Origin: Eledone cirrhosa
Taxonomy: Eukaryota
Assembly (NCBI GenBank): GCA_964016885.1
Contig: OZ024762.1
Location: 3,410,001 to 3,474,000, forward strand
Direction of reading: 5' to 3'
DNA: 64,000 nt
Below the pieces are notes generated by a model that was not told the DNA's origin, searched no databases, and worked only from the letters and a program-made list of their open reading frames with translations. The position numbers and the translations under genes were made by a program. Positions within the stretch are counted from its first letter, which is position 1, and every line of letters starts with the position of its first letter. Shown here one piece after another: positions 1 to 13,876 of the stretch.

Positions 1-270
1 CACCCAGCCGTAGAAAACCCGCCAGACGTGTAGGTGTCATGACAAAAAAACACACAGTCCACGCTGTAATGTGGCCATGTAGGTAACACGGTAAAAACCT
101 CCCAGTCCACACTGTAAACGTGGTTGGTATTAGGAAGGGCATCCAGCCGTAGAAAACCAGCCAGACAGTCCTATACGAGCAGGACAACAAATCTTGCCTC
201 AAGTGGGAAAACTCCCGTCCAAACCCATGCAAGCGTGGAAGATGGACGTTAAACGATGATGATGATGATC
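1..270 (+). mobile_element. 3' tail of RTE LINE / RTE-tailed SINE, ending in (GAT)n
   Basis: Matches the tails following RTE ORF ends at 5410-5665 and 28930-29172 (ggttggtgttaggaagggcatccagc...acccatgc..gcgtggaagatggacgttaaacgatgatgat). Confidence 0.75.
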
Positions 271-688
271 TATATTATATCTGAATTTTTGACCGTTGGT
301 CAGTCAATGGTAAACATTGAGGACCAAATGAATTAACTGTGGAGATATAAAAGATACAGAAGTGAAAACCAACCAAACAGTGAGCGTATTTTGTTATTAT
401 TTCTGGCCATATTATTACAACAATACGACCCTCCCCAAATATAAGAATATATATATATATATAAATATAAATTAAGCGAGAATCGCATATCGGCGGGTAG
501 AAAAAGCGAAAGGAAACGCAAAAATCAGAAATAATGGTGGCAAGCGCTCCATAGTTAAAAATCCAGAGCTAAACAATATGTTAAGACGCCATCCAAAACT
601 GAAAAAGTGGTCAACAAAGCATCAACCATCTAAGCCAAAAAGCAATTCAAGCTAAACAGGTCAAAACAAAATAAATGATGAAAAAACG

Positions 689-722
<34 letters not shown>

Positions 723-726
723 ACAT

Positions 727-870
<144 letters not shown>

Positions 871-873
871 TTG

Positions 874-922
<49 letters not shown>

Positions 923-938
923 ATATATACATATACAT

Positions 939-1067
<129 letters not shown>

Positions 1068-1320
1068 CATATATACATATATATATATATATAGGAACAA
1101 GTAAGACGCCGGTGGCTGGATGTTCTTCCTAACAACAACAACAACCACTTGACAGAGTGTCTTGATGTATTTCTTTATCACACCTGTACTAACACACACA
1201 CACACGCACACACAAACACACACACACACACACAAACACTGTATCTCTCTCTCACACACTTATGCATATATATATACAGACACACACATGCTCTCTCTCT
1301 CTCTCATATATATGTATGTG

Positions 1321-1371
<51 letters not shown>

Positions 1372-1417
1372 TATATACTGACAGTCGATTGACTTTCGTC
1401 AAATTGATCATCTGTTC

Positions 1418-1451
<34 letters not shown>

Positions 1452-2602
1452 TATATACACACATACACAAACATGCATGGATATGTTTATATACATACAC
1501 ACAAACACACACACACACGCAGACATACATATACATAGATACACAAATTATGTCAGACACCACGTATACAGACATAGGCATACACACAGACACACACATA
1601 CACAGATACACATATATATATATACATAAAGTCTGATATTTAATAGTATTATAGTAGAAAAATAATATGCCATGTCGGCATAATATTAATAAGAAAATTT
1701 ATTTGTGGCTGTATTGATACAATAGGAATAATACTGCTAATAATTTTTCTTTTAAAGGGATGTCTTCTGCCATGTTGGCATAATATTATTAAGAATAGTT
1801 TATGATAGCGGTGTGTTGATACAATATGAATTAGAGGAATCAAAGGCTGCGTGTTGTTTTTAGAACACAAGAAGTTGTTAGGCTATTTGTTATGGCTAGA
1901 AATGTAACGTATATTATGTGTGAGAGAAGTGAATGTTTGTTGAGATAGTTGTAAGTCCACGATAACATTTTTACATGTTTTTATTCACAACTAATTACAA
2001 AGAGTTGAGTTGAGCTGACATGTCAAACAAACAGTAACAAAGAACCAAGAAGTAAGAGTGGCGTTGTGCCAGGCCTAAGGAGGCTGACAGGCCAAAGTGA
2101 AAATCTCACTGTTAGATAATAGTGCTGTATTGTCAGCGCATGCTTGCACATCATCAGCCACAGCATTCCCAGTCCTTTCAAAGTTGAAGCAGCTAGGAGA
2201 GTATATACAAAAGAAGCGGTAAAATCTTTGTTTGAGCAGAAGTTGGAATATACATTTGTGAGCGGCTTGCGATTGGCCTGACTTAGCCAAATCACGCACA
2301 AATAGCCTATCAAGACACCAAAAGCAAGTAGCTTGCTACAGTATGTAACATACACATATGTAATATATACGCATAATATACACACAAACACAAACAACAG
2401 ACGCACAGACACAAACATACACAGACACACACGTATCCGATAAGACCCCTCATTGTGGGGTCCTACCCGAATGCTTGCTTTTATTCCTGTTACTTCTCTT
2501 CTTAAAGCAGAAATCATTAGTTGCAATTCTGCGAAATCTGTACTGGTCGGTTGTTGTTGCTGCTGTTGTTGCTGTTGTTGCTGCTGCTGCTGCTGTTGTT
2601 GT

Positions 2603-2643
<41 letters not shown>

Positions 2644-2689
2644 TTCCTCCACAGGAATGGTAGGGGAAGACACAGTCGTCGGTTGTTGG

Positions 2690-3303
2690 TGTCGAGATGT
2701 ACTGATCCTGAAATCTACAACTCTTTCCTACAATCAGACCTGGACACAATGCAGCAATGGATCACGGACTGGCAACTGAAGCTGGCTGTGGACAAGTGCA
2801 CCCCCATGCATTTTGGGAGGAAAAACCCAGCGTCCACATACTCCCTCCACAACACTGATATCAAGAAGTCCTCTTGTGAACGTGACCTGGGCATTACTGT
2901 CAGCAGCGATTTGCGTTGGACAAAGCACGTCTCTAAGATTGTCAAGAAGGCCGAGGGTGTCTTGGCATCACTCAGCAAGACCTTTGTTAGCCGCTCTCCA
3001 GCCATCTATTTAAAGCTGTATACAGCTATGGTACGACCACACTTGGAATTCGCATCATCAGTCTGGAACCCCTATCTTGCTCAGAACATTGACCACCTGG
3101 AAACTGTTCAGAGACGTGCAACCAAGTGCATACCCTCCATCAGACACCTACCATACTCTGAACGCCTTGCTTCCCTGGGCATGGATTCATTGAAGCTCCG
3201 ACGTCTGGCAATGGACTTGGTAAACACCCACAAAGTTATTAACCATCTCACCAACAACAACCCTGAGCAGCTTTTTGATCTCCATATGTCTAACACACGT
3301 GGA
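2690..3303 (+). mobile_element. CR1-clade LINE, RT C-terminal fragment
   Basis: LQSDLDTMQQWITDWQLKLAVDKC...ERDLGITVSSDLRW...LYTAMVRPHLEFASSVWNPY...LETVQRRATK; same family as 18478-19045. Confidence 0.9.
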
Positions 3304-3742
3304 CACACACACTTCTAGAGAGATGCAGACACACACAACACACACACACAACCACTTCTAGAGAGACACACACACACACTTCTAGAGAGAGAGACACACA
3401 CACACACTTCTAGAGAGACGCAGACACACACAACACACACACACACTTCTAGAGAGACGCAGACACACACAACACACACACACTTCTATCTAGAGAGACA
3501 CACACACACACTTCTATCTAGAGACACACACACACACACACTTCTAGAGAGATGCAGACACTCACACACACACACTTCTATCTAGAGAGAGACACACACA
3601 CACACACACACACACACACTTCTATCTAGAGAGAGACACACACACACACACACACACTTCTATCTAGAGAGACACAGACACACACACACACTTCTAGAGA
3701 GACACAGACACACACACACTTCTATCTAGAGACACACACACA
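3304..3742. repeat. Compound minisatellite (cacacacttcta[tcta]gagaga)n
   Basis: Directly visible; starts where the CR1 fragment breaks off. Confidence 0.85.
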
Positions 3743-3894
3743 ATTCTCCACAGCCAATAGTATGTAAGGTGGATTAAGTTGCAGCGAAGGAGAAGAACAA
3801 TTCTTGAGATGTATGGAAGGCAGGAAGGAAATAATTATGATAAATCTAGTGTCAGTCGTGTAAAAACCTTGCAGTTAATAAACTACTGGCTTGT

Positions 3895-4305
3895 TGCTGT
3901 TGTTGATGTTGTTGTTGTTAGTGGTGGTGGTGGCGGTGGTGGTGGTGGTGATGGAGGCGGTGTGTTGTTAGTGGTGCTGGTGGTGGTGTTGGTAGTGCTG
4001 GTGGTGTTGTTAGTGGTGGTGGTGGCGTTGTAAGTGATGGTGGTGGCGGTGGTGGTGGTGTTGTTAGTGGTGGTGGTGGTGGTGGTGGTGGTGATGGCAG
4101 TGGTGTGTTGTTAGTGGTGGTGGCGGCGGTGGTGGTGGTGTTGTTAGTGGTGGTGGTGATGGCGGTGGTGTGTTGTTAGTGGTGGTGGCGGCGGCGGTGG
4201 TGCTGTTGTTAGTGGTGGTGATGGTGGTGGTGGTGGTGTTGGTAGTGTTGGTGGTGTTGTTGTTGTTGTTAGTGGTGGTGGTGGTGTTGTTGATGTTGTT
4301 GTTGC
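3895..4305. repeat. (GGT/GTT)n low-complexity tract
   Basis: Directly visible. Confidence 0.9.
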
Positions 4306-4501
4306 TTGCAGACAGAGGCTTGCAATCATAATTTCATCAATATTGTGGCACCTGTGATATATCAGACACTCAAGTGTCTTCTTACTTCAGTTGTATGTAT
4401 GTATGTATGTATGTATGTATGTATGTATGTATGTATGTATAAGTGTGTGTATGTGTGTGTTTATGCGTACACATTTTTTCATACATATGTATGTACACCA
4501 G

Positions 4502-4532
<31 letters not shown>

Positions 4533-4961
4533 ATATTTATATATGTGTATACATACATATATATAATTCAAGAATAGACAAGACAAATGTTAGAACACTC
4601 TTATTAGTTTCATATATATATATATAAGTATATATATGTATATATAAGTATATATGATGATGATGATGACGATGTATATAAGTATATATATGTATGTATA
4701 TAAATATGTGTGTGTGTGTATGTAGCAATATCCGTAAGTGTGAAAAAAGAATTTAGTACTTAATCCAGAGAGAGCTGAAATATTATATTATTCATTTATG
4801 TTCATACACGGAATGAAGCCACTACCCAAGGTGTCAAGGGTCAACCTTAAAAATATCACCAGAATATTAGAGGGATCAAAATGTTGACCTATATTCAGGC
4901 ACTTATATGAGTTTATAAGATCGTGTATGAACATAAATAATATATATACATAAATAGCAAT

Positions 4962-5665
4962 TAAGTGAGAAATTAGGAATAAGAGGGATCAGATGCTGTT
5001 TACTTGAGAGGAGATTACGTTGGTATGGTCACGTGTTGTGCATGAAAGACGACAGCTGTATAAAAAAGTGCAGGGCGATTAAAATTGATGGAAGTTATGG
5101 AGTAGGTAGACCCAGAAAAACCTGGGACGATTTGATAAATTCAGACCTTGCACACATATATATAATAAACTGACCTTACACACTTACACCTCTCTAAGAC
5201 AATGTCACTGGATCGAGATCTTTGGCGCCACACAGTAATACAGAAGACTTGCCTTCGCTTACGTACGAACTTAAACCTACAGTCAGTAGGCACTTCTTAA
5301 CCAAATACACACCCCACCCTACTACCCCTACTCCATCCTCTCACTTCCACTCACACCACCCCTTCTCTATAAAGCTATGTTGGTACCACAACATCCAGTC
5401 CAAACTAAAGAGGTCGTGTAGGTGTCATGACAAAAAAAAGCACCCAGTCCACGCTGTAAAATGGTTGTGTAGGTGACACGGTCATAAGGCTCCCAGTCCA
5501 CACTGTAAATGTGGTTGGTGTTAGGAAGGGCATCCAGCCATAGAAAACCTGCCAGATAGTCCTATACAAGTGAGACATGGTCACCCGATCAATCTTGCCT
5601 CAAGTGGGACAATTCCCGTCTAACCCATGCTAGCGTGTAAGATAGATGTTAAACGATGATGATGA
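4962..5665 (+). mobile_element. RTE LINE 3' end (degenerate ORF end plus 3' UTR)
   Basis: Reads LSEKLGIRGIRCC..ERRLRWYGHV..MKDDSCIKKCRAI; homologous to 28499-29172. Confidence 0.85.
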
Positions 5666-6201
5666 TCATCATCATTATCATCATCATCATCATCATACGT
5701 TCACTTTTCCATGCTTGCAAATGTATGTATTTATATATATATATATATATATATACATATATTAGAGTATGTGGTTAACCCAACAGGGATGTGCAGACCA
5801 CATTATGGTCTGTCGGTTGTGAAGGAGATAAAAGGAAGCACTCAACGACCTGTATAAATGGTGTAAGCCGGAGCATTATATATTATTAAAAGATCAGATA
5901 CCATAATCAGTTGATTCAGGTTTATTTGAAACATTATCTTTTTCGGTGAAATTATTGGATTCTTCCAAATTTAAAGGTTTTTTGTTTTTTGAGGAACTTT
6001 TAATATTTTTATAGGTTTTACCATCAAGAGCTCAGCTTATCATAACTGATAGTCTTCAGGGAAATATGTATAACAGAGTTTTAAATAAACCTGAATCAAC
6101 TGCATATGGCTTCCGATCTTTTGTTAATATATAATATATATATATATATATCATCATCATCATCATCATCGTTTAACGTCCATCTTCCACGCTAGCATGG
6201 G

Positions 6202-6232
<31 letters not shown>

Positions 6233-6252
6233 GCAAAATGCAAACAGAAATA

Positions 6253-6339
6253 ACAGGACTAGAACTGTTTCATTCTTTAGAAATCATCAGATTACTGATG
6301 ATTTCTAAAGAATGAAACAGTTCTAGTCCTGTAGAATCT
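6253..6339 (+). ncRNA. Fold-back module with type I hammerhead motif (family A)
   Basis: Perfect 38-bp arms 6253-6290/6295-6332; CTGATGA-TTTCtaaaGAAT-GAAA-CAG..CTG-TA-GAATCT. Confidence 0.7.
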
Positions 6340-6967
6340 CATCTCTATATATATATATATATATATAGTTTAGGGAACTTAATGATAATTTGTCCATACT
6401 TTCCCCTTTTCCATATAATTGTTTCTACTTTAGGCACAAGGCCAGCAATTACCCAGTACATTACTGGTACTTTAATGCGGTGAAACAAGACTTTTTGTAC
6501 CTCTGTTTGTTGTGCTCCTTGAACTCCATATTTATTATCGTGTAGGTAACATGGTAAAAAGGGTCCCAGTCCACACTGTAAATGTGGAAAACCTGCCAGA
6601 TAGTTCTATACGAGCGAGACACTGTCACCCGATCAATCTTGTCTCAAGTGGGACAATTCTCGTCTAACCCATGCTAGCATGGAAGACAGACGTTAAACGA
6701 TGATGATGATATATATATATATATATATATGTACACACGCATACATACACAAACAACAGACACACACATATATATATATACACAAACATACACAACAGAC
6801 ACTCATACATATGCATATACATAGACTTAGACACAAACACAGACATATATATATACACATATCTAATTATATATATATATTAAATTACCTCTTTCAGTTC
6901 AATATTTTATCCATTCATTGAGATGTCTAAGTATTAGAGACAAATAACATTTTAATTTATATATATA

Positions 6968-7305
6968 TCATCATCATCATTTTTTACATCTGCTTTTCCC
7001 TGCTTGCAAGGGTGGGACGGGAACTGATTCTGGCTTGATTTCTACAGCTGGATGCCCTTCCTAACACCAACCTCATTTACAGTGAGTGCTGGGTGCTTTT
7101 TTTCTGTGGCGCCTACACATCCACTTTACAGTGGAACGATAGGGACCCCAGTCCCTATCATCTCATTTGTACAGCTGAGTAAACTGGAGCAATGTGAAAT
7201 AAAGTGTCTTGTTCAAGGAAACAACACATCACCTGGTCTGAGAATTGAACTCACAACCTTTCGATTGCAAGGTCAATGCTCTAACCACTAAGCCATGTGC
7301 CTCCA
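6968..7305 (-). mobile_element. tRNA-derived CORE-type SINE with RTE tail, full length
   Basis: Reverse complement of 51621-51967; A box TGGCTTAGTGG, B box GAGTTCAATTC. Confidence 0.85.
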
Positions 7306-7904
7306 AAGTAGAAGATATATATATATATATATACATATGTTTTTGCTGGCTTAAAATGTCCACCCTTGGTCCATAATATTATAATAATTCCAACATTTTA
7401 TAATTTTATTACTTAATCCATAGTTGTTGATTCAGAGTCGGCATCACCAGAGTTTATTTAAAGCTTCATCAATATTTCACTATTCATTATGGTAACAGAT
7501 TATAAGAATATTAAAAAAAAAGATCTTTAAAAATTCCCCAAATTTCAAAAAACAGTTAAAAAAAAAAACTGTTTAAAAAATAAACAAAAACAAAAAAAAA
7601 ACAGTTTAAAAAAATAATTTCAAAAACCATTGAAAAACAATTTAAGTATTGCTGGAGGGATGACAACATTTGTGAGAGAGAGAATCCTATTGTGTAACAA
7701 TTATAGGAGATTTTACTTTGAAAGATTGTATTTATATGTTTAGGGTTATTATTAAAAGAAATTTCTCAGTAATCATGAGACATGTTATATTAATACCTGT
7801 AGTTTGGTGCAGAGGTATCAATGGTTACCTGTAGTTGGAAATGTTCTTGATTTAAATTTTAAGATTTGTTTAGCACAGTATACAGGTGTTCATAGGTGAA
7901 GAAT

Positions 7905-8065
7905 TGTTAGAATGTTGGATAGAATGCTTTATGGTATTCATTCCAGCTCTCTGAGTTCAAATCCCGCCGAGGTTAACTTTGCCTTTCATCCTTACGGGGT
8001 CGATAAAATAAAGTACCAGTAATGCACTGGGATAATTGCTGGCCTTGTACCAAAAGTAGAAACAG
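7905..8065 (+). mobile_element. Meta-type tRNA SINE
   Basis: B box gagttcaaatcc then aactttgcctttcatccttacggggtcgataaaataaagtaccag; copies at 29870 (+) and 62815 (-). Confidence 0.7.
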
Positions 8066-8761
8066 TTATTTGACTCATTCTCCCTCGGGACTTTAGACTG
8101 AAGAACTGACCACTAATTGATTTTACATATGTCTTTAACCCATTGATATCAAACATTATTTAGCCAGCAGCTCATGGCAGCTGGTGTGTATGTGTAGGTA
8201 TATATATAGGGCTACTATAGCCCTCCTGGGTCCCACTTGCCATTGGGTAACTTGCCAATTATATATATATATATATACACACACATATATATATATGTTC
8301 AGAAGAGATTGTTTTGGTAAAAATAGGAGCAAGCTCTGTGTAAGTATATTTGTATTTTTATATGTGGGTCTGTATATGTATGTATATGTGTATATGTACG
8401 TGTATATATATGTATATATATATGTATTTGTACATATATGTATATGAGCATATGTATTTGTATGTGGTTATGTATGTTTTATGTATGTATAAGTGGGTGT
8501 ATATCTCTATATATATGTGTATATATTTAAGTGTGTGCGTATGTAGGTAAAGGTGAATGTATGAATGTATATATATATATATGTTCAAGTATGTATATAT
8601 CTATATTTGTATATATGTGTGTGTGTGTGTATTTATGTATATGTTTATGTCTTTATTTTTTCCTTCTTATTTTTTATAATATTTTTATCAATTTTATCAA
8701 GTTTGTATTTTTCTCATATTTATCATATAAAAATCTTTTAAAAATTTAGTTTCTATAGTAA

Positions 8762-9853
8762 TGTGCTAGGGTGGTTTGACCTAAATGGTCATGTTGGATA
8801 ACATTGTGACAGCTATGACAGAATCCATGGAGGCTATGGGTTTGGTACTAGAAATGAGGAAGGCTTCAGAATCCTGGAACTCTGTGACGCTAATAACCTA
8901 ACTATCTGTAATACAAACTTCAAAAAACGAGACAATCATTTGATCACCTATAGATCAGGGGAACACGCCAGTCAGATAGATTATATCCTTACCAGAAGAC
9001 GTGACAGAGTGTCTGTTGTAAACAATAAATCCCTCCCCCGCGATGAATGTACCTCCCAACTTAGCCTCATAGTGAGTGACCTCATAGTCAGGACGAGACG
9101 TACTCGACAACAGAGGAGGACTACCCTAAGGAGAAGAATATGGAAGTTAAAGGACCCCACAGCCAGTAACAAATTTAAAAGCATATTACTTGATGCTTTT
9201 GACAGTAAGGAAGAGCAATTAGAGACACACAATATAGAGGAACAGTGGGAATTCCTGAGAGTTAACCTGCTGAAGGTGACAGATGAAATCTGTGCTGGAG
9301 CAGACCTATAGGTAGGAGGAGAGTAACTTGGTGGTGGAAGAGTAAGGTGGAGGAGTCAATCAAGGCCAAAAAGCAGGCTTGGAAAGTATGGCGGTATGGA
9401 GAAAGTAAAGAACACTATCAAGTGGCCAGGAGGGAAGCTAGGAGACAAGTGTACTTTGCAAGAAGGGAAGCAGAGGAAAGAAAGTTCAAGCATGTTCTGC
9501 AACGTGAGGACCAAAAACGTGAGGTGTTCAGGATTGCTAGGCAATGTGTCAAGGAAAACCATGATATTGTCGGAGAGAAGTGTGTCCGAAATGATGATAG
9601 TGTACTTGCCATCACTGATGCTGATAAGAAGATAGCCTGGAAGTGTCACTACGAGAGGCTACTAAATGAGGAGAATAAATGGGAAAAAGATAGTCTGCCC
9701 CACATCGATCCAATAGAGGGACCATAAAAGATGTAGTGGGATCACAGGTAAGCTATCTAAGAACGTAGATTTTATATGTGGCCGGTGCTCAGGTGCAATA
9801 AGTAGCAGCAAGTGCCCACAGGATACTAGCTCCTTCTATTGCCCAGATGGTTC
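8762..9853 (+). mobile_element. RTE LINE fragment (APE C-terminus plus linker), frameshifted and internally deleted
   Basis: DLNGHVG..HGGYGFGTRNEEG..ICNTNFKK..LITYRSGEHASQIDYIL; then homology to 47003-47455 and a jump at about 9725 to KRCSGITGKL. Confidence 0.9.
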
Positions 9854-9865
9854 TATATATATATG

Positions 9866-9918
<53 letters not shown>

Positions 9919-9987
9919 CATATATATACTATGAATATAACAGTATCTGTCAACACAACATGTTTACTCTGTCCTATCCTCTCACAG

Positions 9988-10128
9988 TTGCTGTCCTCAC
10001 CTGTTACCATTGCTCCAACAAAGTAGAGAAGGCCTGTGGTGGAGACTTCCAGTCTTATCTATTCAAAGGTTTCCAGTGCCATTCCAAAGCCAATATGTGT
10101 GCTCTGCAGAAAAACCCACCCCTCAAAG
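9988..10128 (+). CDS. Internal coding exon of Ly6/uPAR three-finger (quiver/sleepless-like) protein, Cys1-5
   Basis: Acceptor cctctcacag|, donor AAAG|gtaatg, 141 nt, phase 1-1; xAVLTCYHCSNKVEKACGGDFQSYLFKGFQCHSKANMCALQKNPPLK. Confidence 0.85.
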
Positions 10129-10182
10129 GTAATGTAACATACACACACTCAGCGATACACTCACACATATATATATATATAT

Positions 10183-10369
10183 AAATGGCTTCTACAGGAC
10201 TAGAACTGTTTCATTCGGGAGAATGAAGCCCCCAGGTCTTTCTTGATGATTTTTCTCGAATGAAACAGTTCTAGTTCTGTAGAAGCCATTTCTATATTAA
10301 ATATTTATACTCTGCTATGTATTGAGTACCTTATTTACTGTGGGTTACCTCCGATTCAACCAGGGATAA

Positions 10370-10370
<1 letters not shown>
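10183..10370 (+). mobile_element. PLE pseudo-LTR fold-back fragment with degenerate HHR (family A)
   Basis: Arms about 10183-10222/10252-10291; core TTGATGA at 10243; tail shared with 51256-51310. Confidence 0.65.
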
Positions 10371-10411
<41 letters not shown>

Positions 10412-10415
<4 letters not shown>

Positions 10416-10622
10416 AAAAAAGATGAAATCGAAAATGCATCTTAAGTCTTTCTTTATAAAAATATATATTTATTTGGTTCCTTTACCGGTTTTGCAGTTC
10501 TTCTGCTTTTCAAAAGTAGAATTTAGATGCAGGGAACTGTGAAACCGGTAAAGGAACCAAATAAATATCTATTTTTATAAAAAAAGACTCCAGTTGCATT
10601 TTCGATTTCATCTTTTTTCCTT
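10412..10622. mobile_element. Fold-back module with HHR-like centre (family C)
   Basis: Roughly 95-bp inverted arms; minus strand reads ctt-TTGAAAA-GCAG..CTGC-aAAA-CCGG-TA-AAG, the plus arm keeps GAAACCGGTA. Confidence 0.6.
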
Positions 10623-10646
10623 TTTCTTTCACTCGTGTAACCTCAC

Positions 10647-10679
<33 letters not shown>

Positions 10680-10680
10680 G

Positions 10681-10888
10681 ATTTATTAAAATAACAGATT
10701 AAAATTTAAGCAAAGAATTGCTGCTTTCACCCTTAACAGGATCTTCTGAAACTAAAAAAAATCAATCTGTGGATGAGGAAGTAAATATTTAAAAAAAATA
10801 TTTGCTCAATGGTTTTTATATATTTGATATATATATTATTCTTATCGAGCCCTCTTCGGATTTTAGTTTTCACATTTATTATTATTAC
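10681..10888. mobile_element. pLTR-like dispersed repeat, family D (HHR-like at 10703-10753, minus)
   Basis: Homologous to 12857-13075, 15102-15270 and 27366-27535; all flanked by (TA)n. Confidence 0.7.
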
Positions 10889-10913
10889 TATATATATATA
10901 CATATATATATAC

Positions 10914-11013
<100 letters not shown>

Positions 11014-11744
11014 GGAAAAGAATGAAATGAAATTGTTTACAAACAAACCGAACATTATAATAAATGTTCGGTAAACCCATACGTACATATATATATATGT
11101 GTGCATGTATGTATATATATACATACTACTGTGCGTCTGTACACATATATGTATGTACATATACATACTTATAATTTATTTATATTCTGAAAGACATTTA
11201 TTATTCTTGCCCCAAGATATTTGTAGAATGAGCTTCTCTTGAATAATCAGTAAGTCCTCCATAAAATAAATTCGAAGTAATTATTAAATTTTATTTAAAA
11301 ATTAATAATCTATCATAATATTGGGGAGGGTGTTTTTTTTTTATCAACAATAAACTAATGAATAAGTTCCCGGAAAATATGAAGTTGAAGCTGAAATAAT
11401 TATTGAAATTTTTAAAATTTAATGAACAAGTATGAAGAATTCTTCTGATTGGTGACGTTAAAATACGTAAGCTGGGCTTCTCAATTATTCTCATTATTTT
11501 TTCATGCCTGCACAGATAAATCCTGACATATATGGAACTAAAGTTATATGAAATATAACATAGCTTAAGGGTGGAGATGGAGTGGGGTGGGGACTTTATA
11601 ACTGCAGCGTGTAATGGTTGGGAGGGAGTAGTGTGTGTATGAGATAGATAGATAGATTGAGTGATAGAGATAAATAGATAAAGATAGATAGAGAAATAGA
11701 CAGAGATAGATATAGAGTGATAGAGATAGATAGACAAATAGATA

Positions 11745-12058
11745 TGTTTCTTTATTAGCCACAGGGGCACAAAAGAAGGGGACAAATACAAAGGGGGAAG
11801 TTTACATACAATAAAAACGTGTAAAATATTATCACAAATGCAATTTAAAAATTAGTCGATTTTCCCCAATAGGGGGAGACATTACATATGGGTAACACAT
11901 ACCCCCGAAAAAATGTGCAACCCTCATCTCCAGGAGTACGAAGAGTTTGTACTCCTTTCCTCTCCTCCTCCTTTTCCTCAATCTAAAGGCTGATATAGAG
12001 AGAAGGCCCATTCACTCGGGCCATTCTTGCCACTTTCACCCACCTTTCATAAAACTTG
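11745..12058 (-). mobile_element. Possible L1/Tx1-like LINE 3' end
   Basis: KFYERW-type ORF terminus followed by cctgtggctaataaagaaac; similar terminus at 22955-22980 (+). Confidence 0.35.
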
Positions 12059-12856
12059 ATAGATAGATAGATAGATAGATAGATAGGTGGGTAGATAGAT
12101 AGATGGGTAGATAGATAGATAGGTAGGGGTATAAGAAAGATACAGAGATGTGTATGTGTAGAGAAAGAGAGAGAGAAAGATATAAATTTATATATATATG
12201 TGGAGAGAGAGAGACATATAGAGAGGAGAGACAAACAGAGAAAAGAGAGAGAGACAAACGGGTAGAGAAAGAAAGAGAGAATGAAAGACAGAGACAAGAA
12301 TCACTGAAATGCTAGCATAGGCATGACATTTTTCTGCATATGGAGGAATACGTAAAAGTGTTTACACTTCGGCAGTTCATTCTTTTCATAGCTAAGGCTT
12401 CTAATTCAAAAGCACTAAGTGTACAGGAAAACTTCAAATATATCCTGTGTTCCAGCAGAAATATATACTATTTATTTAACTAGTTGGCCCCATGCTGTAA
12501 AAAAAGACGGTTAATGCTTGAAATAGCAGGAAGAGGGTCTTAACATTTTGGACACTAGTCCATCATCAGAAGAAAGAATGATATATATGTGTGCGTATAT
12601 ATATATATATATATATATATATCATCATCATCATCATCATCGTCGTTTAACGTCCATTTTCCACGCTAGCATGGGTCAGGCGGATTGCCCAGTTTGAGGC
12701 AAGTTGGGTCAGGTGACTGTGTCTTGTTTATTCAGAACTGTTTCTGGCTTGATTTCTATCACTGGATGCGCTTCATAATGCCAACCACATTTACAGTGAG
12801 TATTGGGTGCTTTTTGTCGTGATTCCTACATGACCTCTCTCTCTCTCTATATATAT

Positions 12857-13075
12857 AATAATGATAAATGTGAAGACTAAAATCCGAAGAGGGCTTGATA
12901 AGGATAATATATATATAAAATATATATGTAAATATAAAAACCCATAGAGCAGATATTTATCATAAGAACAAATTAAAGTTTAAGCAAAGAATGGCTGCTT
13001 TCACCCTTAACGGAATCTTCAAAAGATGGGTGAAAGCAGCAATTCTTTGCTCAAACTTTAATCTGTTTCTTATAA
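12857..13075. mobile_element. Family D pLTR-like fold-back copy
   Basis: Inverted arms about 12962-13005/13028-13073; tail in minus orientation. Confidence 0.65.
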
Positions 13076-13430
13076 TGAATATATAAATATCATCATCATC
13101 ATCATCATCATCATCATCGATTAACGTCTATCTTCCATGCTAGCATGATTTTCGCGTCCAATGAGCAGATCAATACCAGAGCCAGGTTGATAGTATAGAT
13201 TAGGACATTGAGCTGATCATTTGTGAAACACATGCCACGTTTGATGAAAATGTTAAATTAAAACTTTGTTCTCTCTTACTTAATATATATATATACAAAC
13301 ACCCACACACACACACATATATACACCCGCACGTCCAACCTATGCTAGCGTGGAAGATGGACATTAAACACTGATGATGATATGTATGTATATATATACA
13401 CAAAATATATATATACTATATATATTTTAT

Positions 13431-13482
<52 letters not shown>

Positions 13483-13507
13483 GTATACATATATACATGT
13501 ATATATA

Positions 13508-13570
<63 letters not shown>

Positions 13571-13572
13571 GT

Positions 13573-13603
<31 letters not shown>

Positions 13604-13876
13604 TATATATATATATATATATATGTATACACACAGACATCCTAATCCATTTCTACATCTCCAAATACATTAACAAGATCAAAGGTCTGCCACTTCCATT
13701 TATATCTCCTCGTTCCCAGCTGCCACACAGCACAAACTTTCCTTCTACATTTTAATTAGTCCGCTGTGACAATATAAATTACTTTGAGAAGTCACTACTT
13801 CATACCGTGCTACTGCCTGCACTCCTCTTTTATAATATAATTCAAAAGAATAGATTTTGATTTTATGTCCATACCG

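Noticed and set aside
2023-2345. Unique-looking sequence with short ORFs
   Set aside because: No recognisable motif in any frame; stops in all plus frames.
8190-8250. Possible signal-peptide exon of the Ly6 gene (MCRYIYRATIALLGPTCHW|gtaac)
   Set aside because: Donor is phase 0 rather than the required phase 1, and hydrophobicity is weak. Candidates at 2340 and 4312-4392 also fail.
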